Assembly (NCBI GenBank): GCA_051362555.1
Contig: CM120641.1
Span: 38,570,401 to 38,634,400, forward strand
Direction of reading: 5' to 3'
Length of the DNA: 64,000 nucleotides
Source: Lingula anatina
Taxonomy: Eukaryota; Animalia; Brachiopoda
Shown here: positions 1-13,291 of the stretch, one piece after another
Layout of the letters: the number at the start of each line of letters is the position of its first letter
How positions within the stretch are numbered: the stretch's first letter is position 1
Made by a program: the position numbers and the translations under genes
The notes under the pieces: generated by a model
Told to the model about the DNA's origin: nothing
Database searches by the model: none
What the model saw: the letters and a program-made list of their open reading frames with translations, nothing else

Positions 1-3000
1 GACTGTGTGGCACTACTAGAATTAACCAAACTGGAGACTTCGTTATTCTCCACCTCACTGATCCAACGCCATCTTGACTTAGGCTTAACATTTGGGGACA
101 TCATCTCTTCTTTCCGAATTCCATCTTCTGCTTTCAGAGCTGATACAGCGTCAAATGGTTCTTTTCGCCCAGGCAGAGGGATGTGTACATCTCTAGCTTC
201 TGAGGAGGATACCTGCTTGATTAAGCTTAAAATTGTTGGCCTTTCTTCTCCGTTTTCTTCATCTACAGTTCCTTTTGTGATTTTTTCTTTCTCAAGTTTT
301 GCAAGCCTTATTTGTTCCATTGCTTTTCTTTCCCGTTCCTTCCTCTCCCATTCTTCCTTATCCCTTCGATCCTTTTCTTCTTTCTCCTGTTTTATTTTTT
401 CTTCAATAGACCTGATCCTATTACTGCGCCTTCTCTGTGGAGTTCCTGCATCAGAATTTGAATCATCTGTGTCCACTTCTATTGCATCAGACCATCTTGT
501 CTTTCTCTTTTTCCCTTTTGATCCTACGACTTCTCTTGTTTTGGTGTCCTCTGCATTGTCCTCTGTGACAGACTTATTCTCCGTAGCAGTTTCTTCTGGA
601 GGTGTGCTAAATGTTACAGGTGCCCATCTTTGTGCCAGCTCATGTTTAAAATTTTGCACTTCTGCTGGGGTTGACTTGTCAAGAAGCTTCTTAATCTCAC
701 TGTTATCCCCAATATCTTTATCAACTGTATTAGGTTGTGTACTAATATCCTGAACAGAGTGATGTGACTGGGAGAGAGACTGCTGTTCCCCTACATAAAC
801 TGACTCCTTGACTTCAGTTTTAGAAGATTTGATATCATCTTGATCCTTTCTTTCTAATTCAAGTGATGCATCCGGTGACAGAGGGGCTTTTGGCAGAGCA
901 GACAATTTTTTCACCTCTGTGTCATCTTCCCACAGGTCACTCAGTGTAAGTTTTTGTTTTTGTGCCCTAAAAGATAATCTGAAAGGTGATGGCTGTGTAG
1001 GTTCTGTGTAGGGCCCAGTAGCTGATGGGGCTGGTAAATGACTAACAGGCAGAGAGATATCCGCTAAGGTTTCCTTGCCAATGGATGAGGTTGGCTGTTC
1101 GTCAGGTTGATCATCAGTTGGAGCTGGTGGTGGAGGTGGTGGTGGTGGTGGTGGTGGCTGGAGAAGAGATTTGCTCAAATCAGTCTGGTGGAATTCCTGT
1201 TCAGGAGAACTGATGTCCATATCTATACCAGACTCCTGAGGGGCACTGTTGCTTTCACTGTCAGAATCGATGTCCATGTCTATCTCACCAATGTCATAAT
1301 CCCCCTGGGAGGACTGAACCTCTGGGTTTTGGACTGGACTCCAGGGCCTTTGGGGTGCAGCAGTTGGGAGCTTCTTTCCCCAGGTGAGACCATCCTGAGA
1401 GCCGCTCACTTCTTGCTCATCATAGCTACTGGAAAGGGGGTCTGCTGGTGGAGGGGGAGCTGGAATGTCATGCTTCTTACCCCACACAGTGCTTGGTTCC
1501 ACTTCCTCAGCAGATAAATCTTCACTCAACGGTGGCAGGGATAATTCTTCAGGATTTGTTTTCTCCTTTGGAGGGGGAGGAGGTGGGGGTGGGGGTGGAG
1601 GTGGAATATCATCTTCTTCCTCCTCCTCCTCTTCTTCTGCAACCACTTTAGGCCGAGGAGGAGGAGGTGGAGGTGGTGGAGGGGGAGGCACATCATCATC
1701 ATCCTCATCGCTCTCCTGGTTGTACACATATTCATCCTCAATAATAGGTGGTGGAGGTGGGATCTCGTATTCATCATTCTGTTCTGAAAAAGTAACAGTC
1801 TTTTTCTTTGGAGCTGTAGCGGAAGGAGGGGGTATTTCTCCTTCTCCGTTTTCTAGTACTACCTTCTTTTTATCAACAAATGATGTAACCAGCACTGGTT
1901 CTGGACTTGTTGGTGATTTTTGCTGAGTATTTGTGTCACAAATAGTTTCACTGGATTCAGACTGAGGGGCATTGGAGGTTGTGCTTGTGGCAGCAGGCAG
2001 GGGTATACTGTCCAAGTCCGGCAAAGGCCCTACTAAAGGAGCTGCTCCTACAGGTAATGCTGAAGTAACTGTAGAAACCTTTACAGGTAATACTGCTGGC
2101 ACGACTTCCATCTGCAGTGATCTTGTTATTGGAATCCCTGACGATGATGCAGAAGGAAAGGAGTGGGATGGTTGAACAGTACCAGGAAGAAATAAGGAAG
2201 GTGCTGTCCCTGTATTAAGAATGGGGGATGGTTTTGGTATAGGAGGACCAGGAGCTGGCGGTGGTAATGGAATCTGCATTACACCCATTGCACTGCTACT
2301 AGTAACCTGGGGCACTTTTTGCACATATTGTCCTGGAAAATGAGGATAAGAAGGAACATTTGGTAGGGCTGTCATTACGTTCTCTATGACTGGTTCTATG
2401 CTTGACCTGGATGTTGTTCTAACAGAACTCTGGAAACCACCAGCTGGTTCAATTACAGTTCTGGCAACATTTTGTGGAGTATTTTGATTTTGAAGAAAAA
2501 CAGGTTCATTCTGTTTATAAGGTGCTGCATACATGTCATGGGCAATTCCACTGGGGTCGTACCCTTTTACTTCTCCTTCATTTTCCCCAGTGTTAGGAGC
2601 TTGGTCAACAAAATGCTGTTTATGTAATAAATCTCCTTGGTTCTTATTTCTCTCATCACATTCCCTACTTTTTGCACTGTCTCTACGATCATCATCCCTG
2701 CTGCTGTATTTATCATGCCTGCTATATTCATCTCTAGACCGCCTTCTATCATCTCTCGGTCTATATCTGTCATCCCTATATCGCGACCTGTCACTCTCTC
2801 TTCTGTATCTTGACCTGTCATCCCTGTGCCGAGTTCTTTCAGGAGAGGTGTCTCTATGTCTATTACTACCTAAATTTCGACGTCTCTCATTTGCCGGTGA
2901 GGGTGACCGTTTTCTATTAACTGGGGACAAGGATGATTTATGGCGTTCAACAGGAGAAATTTGTTTAGCTTCAGAAGAGACAGGTGATGTGCCTCTGGCA

Positions 3001-5874
3001 GGTGATGGTGAATTTGACCTTTTTCTCACATTTTCAGGAGTTAAAGATCTAGTATGAGTTCCAGTGGGAGAGGATGGCCTTTGCTGCCCACCAGTGATGG
3101 GTGGTGACCTTCGCCTTCTACCAATGGGTGATGGAGATCTTCGCCTGGAATCTCCAGGTGAGGGTGATCTGCGCCTAGCACTGGTAGGAGATGGTGATCT
3201 CCTTCTTACACGGACAGGTGATTGAGACCTTCTCGACTTGGAAGGCGATGGTGATCTCCTTCGCCTGCTAGGTGATGGTGACCTTCTGCGAGACCTCACT
3301 GGAGATATTCTTCGTGGAGATCTACGGCGTGACCTAGGAGGGGAAGGGGACCTTCTTCTCCTACCACCTGAAGGTGACCTTCGTCTCCTTTCAACTGATG
3401 TTGACCTTTGCCTCCTTCCTGAAGGTGACCGTGACCTCCTTCTACCTCCTGAAGGTGATGGGGACCTTCTTCCACTAGATGGAGATGGAGATCGTTTCCT
3501 TCTGCCAGGTGATGATGACCTGCGCCTACTTCTTGCAGGTGATGTTGACCTATTTCTGCCAACAGGGGAAGGCGACTTGTGCCTGCCACTTGATGGAGAT
3601 GGAGACTTCCTTCGTTCTGCTGGTGACAATGATCTTCGTTTTCTCCCAGGTGATTGTGACTTTGTTTTTTCTTCTTTATCCTCTTTAGGAGTAACATGCT
3701 CTGTACTCAAAGACTGACATTCCTTCTGGCTGTTTACCTGTTCTGTCAAAACATTAATGTCAGAGCCAAAACTGGATTCAGGTAACGATTCAGCTTCCAC
3801 TTTTATAGTTCTTGGTTTCTCAGATGAATCACTGGCCTCCAAGTCAGCAGAAACCATTTGAATCTCATCCTGAGCTTGCAAAGAAGTATCTTTAAATGAT
3901 ACATGCTTTGCCTTATTTGTGGTCACATCCATGTCTTTGTCACCAGGAACATCAAGCTGAGACTGAATTTCTTTATTGACTAAAGCAGCTGCTCTTTTAG
4001 CAGCCATTATAGGTGACATAATTGAACTGATGGCTGGAATATTTTCTAAATCTTGATCTGGTTTTATCGGAATTTTCTCAGATTTCTGATCCTGTTCCTC
4101 ATCATCGGAATCATCCTCAAAAACTTTCAATTTTTTAACAGTCTTTATCTGAAATTTCAACACTTTGGGTTTAACAGCATTTGCTGCAGGCTTCACACCA
4201 GAGTTAACTGACAAGGGTGGTGCTGATATCTCTTTCTCTGTCTGTAAGTTAAGTTTAGACATTTTACTCTGAATCAACATGTTTATTTTACTTTTTGGAC
4301 CCTTGGGGGCCTCTGGTACAGCAGAGGGTGCCACAGCTTCAGTTTTTGTCACTGTTTGTGCCTTTTCTGGAGACTGGTTATGTTTTTCTGCATCTTCTTT
4401 TAAGTCTGTAATATCAGATTGCACTGACTTTGTATTGTCCTCTTTGGTTTCACTGGGTGCTGAAGACTGTGCTGGTGGTGGAGGGTGTGGAGGTGGAGGT
4501 GGCTGTTCTGGAGGTGGAGGCTGACTGGGCAGTGGGATGCTAGATGGTGAGGGCAGAGCTGATATCTTGTTTGCTTTCTTTGTTTTTGGCTGCGCTGGTG
4601 GCAGTGGTGGGGCTGGAGTCGTTTGTAGAGACGTGTACTGAGGTGCTGACAGATCCGGTGCCATCATAACTTGAGTCTGATCAGTTGTAACACTGCTACC
4701 ATATCCCTGTGGGATGACACCAGGCATAACACCCCCATAAGACCCTGGCATAAAATGTTGCTGCTCAGGAGGCAGTGAGGCTCCAGGATATGGAGGATGA
4801 TTGTGAACACCAGGTAATCTAGCATAATATGGCAACTGCTGTCCTGGATATTGAGCTTCCATTGGTGTCGGAAAATGAGGTTGTGGTGTTGGCAGTAGTG
4901 GCCCTTTGAAGCCAGGGCGTTGTGAACCTGGGTTGAAATATTTGGATTCTAATGAGGGTCCACCAGGAAAACCTGAATGCCCTGAATGAAATTCCATAAG
5001 TTGCTCTTGAGGTTCCTCATGAAACTTAAGAAACTGGGGATGCCCTGGTGGTAAAAGTGTCAGTAAGTCCACACCAGATGGAACAGTATCTGGACTTTCA
5101 ATATCCGATTTTTTCTTTTTCTTCTTCTTTTTCTTTTTACCAGCTTTAGGGGTACTATTCTCTGGAGATTCTGCCTGACTTGGTTTGGGCATTGGAGGTA
5201 GAGGTATGTGTGCTGCTGGACTTAAAGTGGGCTGCCCACCCGGTATGGGTATATTGTCTAAGCAATATTCATCTGGTTTCTGTGTCAGAGGTTGAGAAAC
5301 GGCCTGGTCAGGGATGGGAATCTCCATTAAAGAGGGTGTCTCGGTGATGGATGTATCAGAATGAGGGCATAAAATAGAATCTTGCTGCTTTCCTTCACTG
5401 TTCAATGAAATTGAGGCATCAGTTGCATTTTCATTTAATTTTTGTATATCTGGTATCACAGGTGGCATTTCTGTTGAGTCAAATGTGGGAAAGTCATGAT
5501 CGTCATTTGTAAAATCCTGCGTGTCAATTAAGTGAGTTTTTTTTCTAAATGAACTATTTTTGTCATTTTGTTCATCAAAACTGGTATGCCCAGTTTCTGT
5601 TTTATCCACCATATGATTAAGGGGTGGTGATGTCTCCATCTTAAGCAGTTGCTCTGTGACTTCGGCAGCCTCCTTCACTTGTTCTGTCAAGGCTGTGATT
5701 TGCTTCTTTTCATTTTCCTCCCCTCCTTCTCCCATTAAATGACTGTCTTCATCTTTGGCACACTTGCGCCATGAGACTGCATCTTCTGCAGTTGAGGACA
5801 CTGAATGTGAAATATCCTCCTCATCCCCTTCTTCTACTGTTGGTTTAGGCGAGAGAGCAGGCGAATCCACATCC
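1..5874 (-). CDS. SETD2: SETD2/Set2 H3K36 trimethyltransferase, giant second coding exon (low-complexity N-terminal region); 3' part of the gene lies outside the window
   Basis: Acceptor ttgcag|G at 5880-5874. The same frame reads as protein at both ends (DVDSPALSPKP... and ...PNVKPKSRWRWISEVENNEVSS). The ORF track omits it, consistent with no stop before the window edge. Plus-strand shadow ORFs at 7, 1465, 2533, 3238 and 4279 share one register. Pro-rich, acidic, RS/SP-rich and poly-Lys segments. Phase matches exon 1 (CA|G). SET/AWS/WW/SRI domains are not in the window. Confidence 0.85.
3060..3660 (-). repeat. Coding imperfect tandem repeat, about 20 units of roughly 10 aa (R-R-R-S-P-S-P-x-x-x), within the SETD2 exon
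   Basis: Minus-strand translation includes ...RRKRSPSPSSGRRSPSPSGGRRRSRSPSG...RSRRRSPSPSRRRRSPSPSK...; ggtga/ggagatgg motifs recur about every 30 nt. Confidence 0.85.
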
Positions 5875-6057
5875 CTGCAAGGGAATTGAAAATATTACAT
5901 ACAAAATGACTTGAAATATGATACTCACATATTATCTTTTTAAAAAATATTGTACTCTAAATTCTTTACATTTAAATCTCACATTCAAATGTGTGATTTA
6001 CATTAAACAATCACATTTCCTTCTATATGCATTTAAAGAAGATTGTCAGTATGTTAA

Positions 6058-6405
6058 AGGGATAATAACTCTTTGTATGAGATCTATATTTCACAATAAA
6101 AACATTGTTAACAACTCAAAGAAATAGAATATATTCTGTTTTACCACAAAAAACGGCAGTTATAGCTATTATTCTGATATCTTAGCTTGTCATCGGACCA
6201 TGTGACCTCTACAGAAGTCTTTACTCTGTAATAATCTCTTAAGGGATTAATACAAAAAAAAAAAAAAAAAACTTTTAAGAAAAAAAAATATAGGGACTAA
6301 CTTTGAATGTAGAAATGGATTCATTAACCATTGGTAAGTATGGGAAAATTGTGTTTTCATCCATGAAAATTCATTTTTTTGGCCAAACAAACAGTTATTA
6401 TCCCT
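6058..6405. mobile_element. ~340-bp MITE, Kolobok-like (TTAA target, AG...CT termini), copy 1, in SETD2 intron 1
   Basis: ttaa|agggataataac ... gttattatccct|tcaa; internal sequence shared with copies at 19001, 37703 and about 45700. Confidence 0.8.
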
Positions 6406-9400
6406 TCAACATCATGAACATTATTTAAAATTCAACACAGGAAATTCAAACATGACACATATTCATAGAAATATACAGTTTGCATGAAAAAAAAACATAA
6501 AATATGAATCCCTGAAAAAAAAAACATTTAACCAGAGAATATGCATCATATGGGATGGTGGCCATATTGACTCATAAAAGACACCCCATGGTGATGCAAA
6601 CATTAGGGGCACATACCATACATATTACCCTTATATATATAATATATATATATATAATAATAATAATCTTCAGGATCTTTAAAAAATGGCCTATTAAGTT
6701 AATGGGGTAAGTATAATATATAAATCAGTATTTCTTTCATACCTTCTTGACTCAACAAGTTTTATTGGTTAATCCACAAATAAATGGTGGTGCTCATGAT
6801 AAGGAAAAATAGGGAATATTCAATTCTGCATAGACCATGTTAAGAAATTTGAATAATATAATAATAAACATATATTTTATATATAATAATAATAATATAA
6901 AATATTAAACAACATTAAAAATCTGAAAGTAAATCAATATTTGCAATCTGAAAAGAAGGTATGGAAATGTTTTTCTGTGGAGACATGAATAAAAAAAATC
7001 AAACATATTTTGCAGAAAACAAGTAAACCTGAAATAAATCAATGTTATCAATAAATTAAAGCATATGCATATGCGTTTGAGGTAAATCAACATAACTCAA
7101 TCAATACTTGTTTGCCAAACTGATATCAAGAAATTTTATCAGTCTGAGCTAGGTACACCACCATAGCTACATAACATACGAATATACATAAATTTTAGGT
7201 TCAAAGAAACTTTTTGAGTCCAATTTCATTCTTGAGCTGATCCAAATTGTTTTGTCAATGGGAATTTTGTGCAGCAGTGTTCTAATCTTTTAAAAGCGGG
7301 CAATAAGAGCTTGCCTTCAACAAGACTCCATGACCTAGAATGTTGAAATATCAACACATTAGCCTAGTTTAGCAGTACAGTCAAGGTCATCAAAAATCTA
7401 CAGCTACAGGCTATAAGCATCTGTAATAGGTTCTCCAAATGATGTCTGCTTGTGAATCAATCATGACTTGCAGAAAAACAGGACTCATCAAGTTCACCAC
7501 AAGACAGCCACATTTATGATAACCTGTTACTTGTATATCCCTAAGTTATACCTATCCTAATCTGCCATGTGTAATTTTTAACAAATGCACATATACACTA
7601 ATATTTGATTATATAGCCATGGCATAGCATAGAGAATGCCTCACATATTTGTTACAAAACTGTTTTTGTAGGCATTCTTCATTATAACCTCTTACTATGA
7701 ATAATGATGGGACCCAGACATCTGACTTGGATAAGCTGCCCTAACAAGGATAGACTAAAATGAAAAGTAATTGACTTATAGGCTATTATTACACATTAAA
7801 ACTTCAAACAACAGTTATTCGGTCCCTTGGAACCTCAAAATTGATCACTACAGCATTTGTGTGTAGTAGGTATAGTAAGACTTGAGTAGCAAAAGGCAAC
7901 ACACTTGTATATGAATGTTACTCAGCACTACCAGGTCAAATAAAAACAGCCTTTTATGAGCTGTCTGCACAACCGATGTGAGGCGTATATAAAACAATTT
8001 CTCCTCAAACTATATATAAGATTTGAAGAATTTACAGTAATGTACAATACTAGTATATGAATCACAAAACTCCCATATATTTAATGAAGTATTTTCAAGA
8101 GAAGTGAAAAACATTAACATGAAAGAGGGTGAACATAAAATACTATGTAGCCATAGGTTGATATCAGAAAGGAGTTCAGAAATCTTTATGACAAATAGCT
8201 TCTGCTTAATACATTATTCATGTACATAACAAAGCCTAACAAGGCCTGGAGTTGTCAAGTTTTAATTTCTTAAAATCTGAAACACATTTTGACTTGGTCC
8301 ATTTGCTGAGAATAAAAAAACCCAATGCTTCAACAAAACAATATAATATATGCCAATCCTTAAGTCCTCAGATTTCCTCCTCAATATGGTAATATAGCAT
8401 CTAGGGATAATGTTTCTATTATATGAACAAAAGCGTTAGCTCTCAGTTTAATTTCAATTTGAGATATAATTATATCGTAATCCTGTAAATCAAAATTGTG
8501 TTGTTCCCACCAAATCCATAATCTCCTTTATATGAACTTGTTTTCCCTGTCAACTAAACTACTGACTGCTGGTCAATATATACATGTACCTTTAGTGCTT
8601 ATCTTAAATAAACATCACAAATTATTATTCTGCAGGTATTGCCACCACTGCAGGTTAATTATAACCAAAATGTTACCTTCTGTCTCTTATAAATGGATCT
8701 GAAACACCATAATTTTCCTACTTTATGTCTTATGATATTAATCTGTTTACTGGGCTTCATTTTTTACAAAGCTGAGATACTAAATTATGTCCAATATTAT
8801 ATTCCAAAGAAAGCCACATTAAGCATGTGATATTCCATGGCAATAGGAAAAATCAGATAGGTAATTCAACATACATGCTCCGGTATTCACAGCAACAGAG
8901 CCATTGCACTCTCATACAAAGGACTGTTACTCAAAATGGCTGCTTTACTCTTAACATGTGTAACATAGCAGTCTACTAGCACAGCAGCATAAAAAGCCTG
9001 ACCTAATTTACAGATGAAGCAGACGCACTCAGTAGGGAACCTCAAGTAATATGAAGGAACTCTGTCCTCTCCCATCTTTTGTCCTTTTGATTCCAAACAC
9101 TTCAAAGGCATTTTCCTTAAAAATTTGATAAATGAAACTCTATATAAGGTGGAAGGAATGAACTCAGAAAAATCCCACAGCAAACGGACTGTATGAGAAA
9201 CCTTCAAGGTCAGCCATATTGAATCAATTAGCAGTGGAATAAACCAGACATCCAGTACGAATAATGTAGCTGCTTACCTTCAAGCAAACTTACCTTCAAT
9301 GAGTTACAAATCTTACAGCAGATTATAGTCTTACTCCAAATGTAATTTTTCAGACACAAAGAAAGTATTTCTCTTACTTCATGATTCTTCATGAGGAACT

Positions 9401-12400
9401 GGCCAGGTTAATGGAACTATAATATAAACAGAGAACTGAAAATGTTAAAGCTGATATATTTAACTCCTTCAACTTTAATATGCAGATATATAAATATCAA
9501 ATTGAAAAAGAAACAAGCACTAAATATGCATTTTACCTTTATAAGATGCAAAAGCTGCAAAAAATTCAGCATGCTACCATATCAGCACTGTCCGTAACTG
9601 GAATAGTAAACAGTTAGCCTCCGCTGAGTACTACTGTAAGATTGACAGAAATCAGGTAGGTGCTTAGTAACATGTGCATTCTGAAATAAGATATTTCACA
9701 TTTGATGAACTGCAGTTTCTTTGTGTCCATATCAAATCCTGATCCGGTAAATATCTCATGAGAGACAAATATATATTATCTACAACTATATATGTCATAA
9801 TACTGTATAACATGAATATCTGGAATGCTCACAACTTTTTAAAAAATTTCTTGATCAACTGAACTGTAGCCAGAGTACCACAAGTATTTCTTAAACTAAA
9901 ATGTTATTAAGAGACGAGAGAGATCCTGGTTTTAAATGGATCCTTCTAAAAACATGTAGGACAAGCATGCACATGTTCCTCAATACTATTCTTACATATG
10001 CTAATCATACAATAATTCAGATATTTCTATAAAAACCAAATAACATAATCTGCTCCAATATTTTCTTCTCAAGTTTCTAATCCTAAGAAAAGATCTCAAG
10101 CCAACTAGCAGGGGATAAATATATGACTGGCATTTACAGCTGGAGAATCACAATTTTAAGACAAAGAAAAACTGGAAAAATGTAAATCAACCTTTACCCT
10201 CACTAAAAAACCTAGCTCTTGTGCTTCAATTTATATTCTAACATCCGAATGACCTTCATTAATAACCGCTGAGGAAATGCTGATAAGATTTTCAGTTAGA
10301 CTCACATCATAACTTACACTTAACTATGGTATCACTGAAAATCATCATCTGCTAGGTGTAAACCACACTACTTGTTCAAATATTGGATTTTTATTCAAGA
10401 CATTGACATGTAACACAAACCCAACATTGAAACAAATGTCTTCTTTTGGTCTTTGAATAATCAAAGTATTGATCTTGTAACACAGCTTGCAGATCTAAGC
10501 ATGTTATTCAAGACTCACAGTTCATCCCTTGATTCAGTCAGGCAACACAATGACAGGTGCACAGTGTCCTGAAGACAACTTTAACCTGAAAACCATGAAC
10601 ATAGAGAAGAACATTATGCTAATAGAAATTTTACATTCATGACCAAATGTGGTTATATTAACTTCCTGTGGCACAAATAAATATCATACACCTATTTCAA
10701 ATCATATGATGCTCTCTGTCTAAAAAGTACCGTTCATCTTTAATTTTTATGAGAAAAGCAAGCACTGCCATTAACACTTTAACATGGTATTTTTACATTA
10801 TCCTTCATGTAAATATCCTAACATATATCCTTCAAAATCCATAAGGTACATAATTAAAGACTTCATGAAAGATGAAGTCATCTACTTGTTAAGGCTGACA
10901 CATATGGCTTCATAAATTTTTCAATGTAAAAACTCCCACTCAAAATATTTGTAAACAGAGAGGTACATGTATTTGACCAGTGGGAATGCAGTCTACTTCC
11001 ACACACTTTGTGGGACTCACTCAGGCAGGCGTTTGTTCAGGGCATGTGCAATTTGAATATCTTTCTTTCCTATCTTGCTAGGAAACAGTCTGCCTGGGGT
11101 CGATCAAGTTCTGATCAAGAAATGACTTATCATAAGGCAAGGTCCATTTTAGACAGGTTCATTAAATAAAAAATGTATATATCAACACATTCAAAATAAT
11201 CTAAAAGATATACATGACTTTCAGAAGTTATGGCAGCTTCCTTTGATAAATGAGCTCAGAACTTAAAAAAGGAAATATTATTTATTAAAAATATCATACT
11301 TTATGCTTCTGTAAAAAGAACTGTCCATTAGAAACATTCAAAAAAGGACCGAACTTTTTCAAACTGTTGAAAAAAAACAACAAAGGTGCCTTAATTGTTT
11401 ACAGGATACTTTTTAGATTTTAGCAGATAAAAACTCCTGTTTAATTAGTGCCCATTATGAACAATTTTAACAAGCTGCAATTCTCTTTTCTAATAAGTCT
11501 TAATCTCTCAAAAGATATCATTACACCTCTATAGCTGAGTTATAAGTCTTGACTTAAAAGGCCTTAAAACAAAGGCAATTTGGCACAGTTGCTATAAAAA
11601 AAACAACAGTCCATGATGGGATTGTTTAAACATGTTATTATTAAACAAGTCAATCCGTAGGAATTGCTGCTCTTGCATTACTTCCTACAAAAACTAGTAT
11701 GCAATAATTTTAATGTTGAAAGCAAACAGTTTAATCCATCCCATTCCAATCAAGGTAAAAACTTCTACCGTGAAAAGCTCGAGCAAAACTCAACAATAAA
11801 CCACTTACCTTTCAAGATTTTCATAACCAGACTTAAGTTTCTTGTGCTTTCTAATCTCCATGATTAGGTTAAAACCCATTTCCCTTCATAAAGTCCAAGT
11901 GTAGAACACCAGCTACCATCCCAGATATTACTTCCATAGTGACTGTTTATCAAATAAAGGTCAGGGGCTCCACAAATGTGAGACTGGACTCACTTTGCTG
12001 TGGTACTTTTTAATCAAATGCTTGACATATTCAAATAAGGCTAGAAAAACAAAATATCGTGAAATATGGCAAATTCATCATTCATAAAGTTCACAGTGTT
12101 GATTTAATAAATCAATTAATCCAGCTATCTGAAAAAATTAAAGAAATTCCACACCTGACTGCAAAAGGTCCATTCTGCAAGTAACAGTACTTAGCCTTTG
12201 TTAAAAAAAAGAAAGGCAATGAGTACCTGTCTATAAAACACTTAATACAAACGTGACTAACTCACTCACAGGATGAAAGAATGTTTTTCAATGTGCAATA
12301 TAAACTTTCTGACAGTTTAACAACAAACCAAAATAGGGCATCCACATTTTGGTTCTTAAAATACAAAGTTCCAATGTTAATAATTTTAAATCAAAAGCAA

Positions 12401-12692
12401 CAAAACAACACCTGAAAACAAAATGAATGTACCGACAGAAATAAGTGGATGTGGAATGTTGATAATCAAGCCAGTGGTAAACACACTAGTATCTGCGACA
12501 CTCATTCTTCGCTGTGCTTTGATCAGGACTGGCCTCCTTCGCTTTTCAAGTTTCAGCCGTCATTGGCGGCAGACTTCACTTCTAACTGGTCACCATTTTC
12601 CTCACAATGTCACCTTTGTGTCCACTAGAAGGGAAAAATGAAAGGTTCATAACTAACATATGCATATGTAATCCATACAATGTTTCACTTAC

Positions 12693-12724
12693 TGCGTCGG
12701 ACTCTCCGGATCATAGAAATCCAT
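12693..12724 (-). CDS. SETD2: SETD2 first coding exon (MDFYDPESPT-Q)
   Basis: ATG GAT TTC TAT GAT CCG GAG AGT CCG ACG CA|gtaagt resembles the vertebrate SETD2 N-terminal MGDFYDPEHPTP. Consensus donor; phase 2 joins the exon starting at 5874. Confidence 0.85.
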
Positions 12725-13291
12725 CTTCCCCACAAACGTCAGTGATCAGATCGAAACAGGAGCCAGTCAATTTCATTAGATTGAATCAAATGGCAAAAGA
12801 AGGTTTAAGATATATCGGCACGCACATTAAGTAAACAGAGCATCAGCAAACTCAAGTCCTTTATATCGAGTTAGTTTCCATTATTCATAATAGTCTTAGA
12901 TTGTGCGTCCATTGATGTTGCACTATCACTCAGGAACCGCGTTGTTCAACTTCTCTTCCATGATGCTCCACTATGACCTGATTTACACATCCGGGCGTTT
13001 GGCCTTTAATTTATTCTACAACCTGACTTAACATTTTTTTTAATATGGAGAAGGTAAAACATTTTGGGACATTTGGAAAGGAATTCAAACAGAATGAAAA
13101 GTATCTACTAAAGATTTAAACATTACTCTGAAAAAAATATATAGTTTACGGAAGTGACGTCAGCATAGTTCCCGCTGTAGTGAATCATTCTTTGTCTTAG
13201 GCGCAATCAAAATCAGAAAACATCGGCTTAACTGAGCCATCTCTGAAGGTATCAAGAAATTCAGGTAGAAAAGGAATTTCCCAGCTATCGC
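12725..13291. promoter_or_regulatory. Bidirectional promoter between SETD2 (minus) and eIF1 (plus), with an overlapping ETS-CRE element
   Basis: The start codons are about 570 bp apart, head-to-head. CGGAAGTGACGTCA at 13149-13162; Inr-like TCATTC near 13185; locally CpG-richer. Confidence 0.7.

Noticed and set aside
7-4524. Long plus-strand ORFs (7-753, 1107-1517 with poly-Trp, 1465-1926, 2533-3057, 3238-3717, 4279-4524)
   Set aside because: Antisense shadows of the low-complexity SETD2 exon: poly-Gly/Trp mirror poly-Pro and GDGDLL mirrors RRSPSP.
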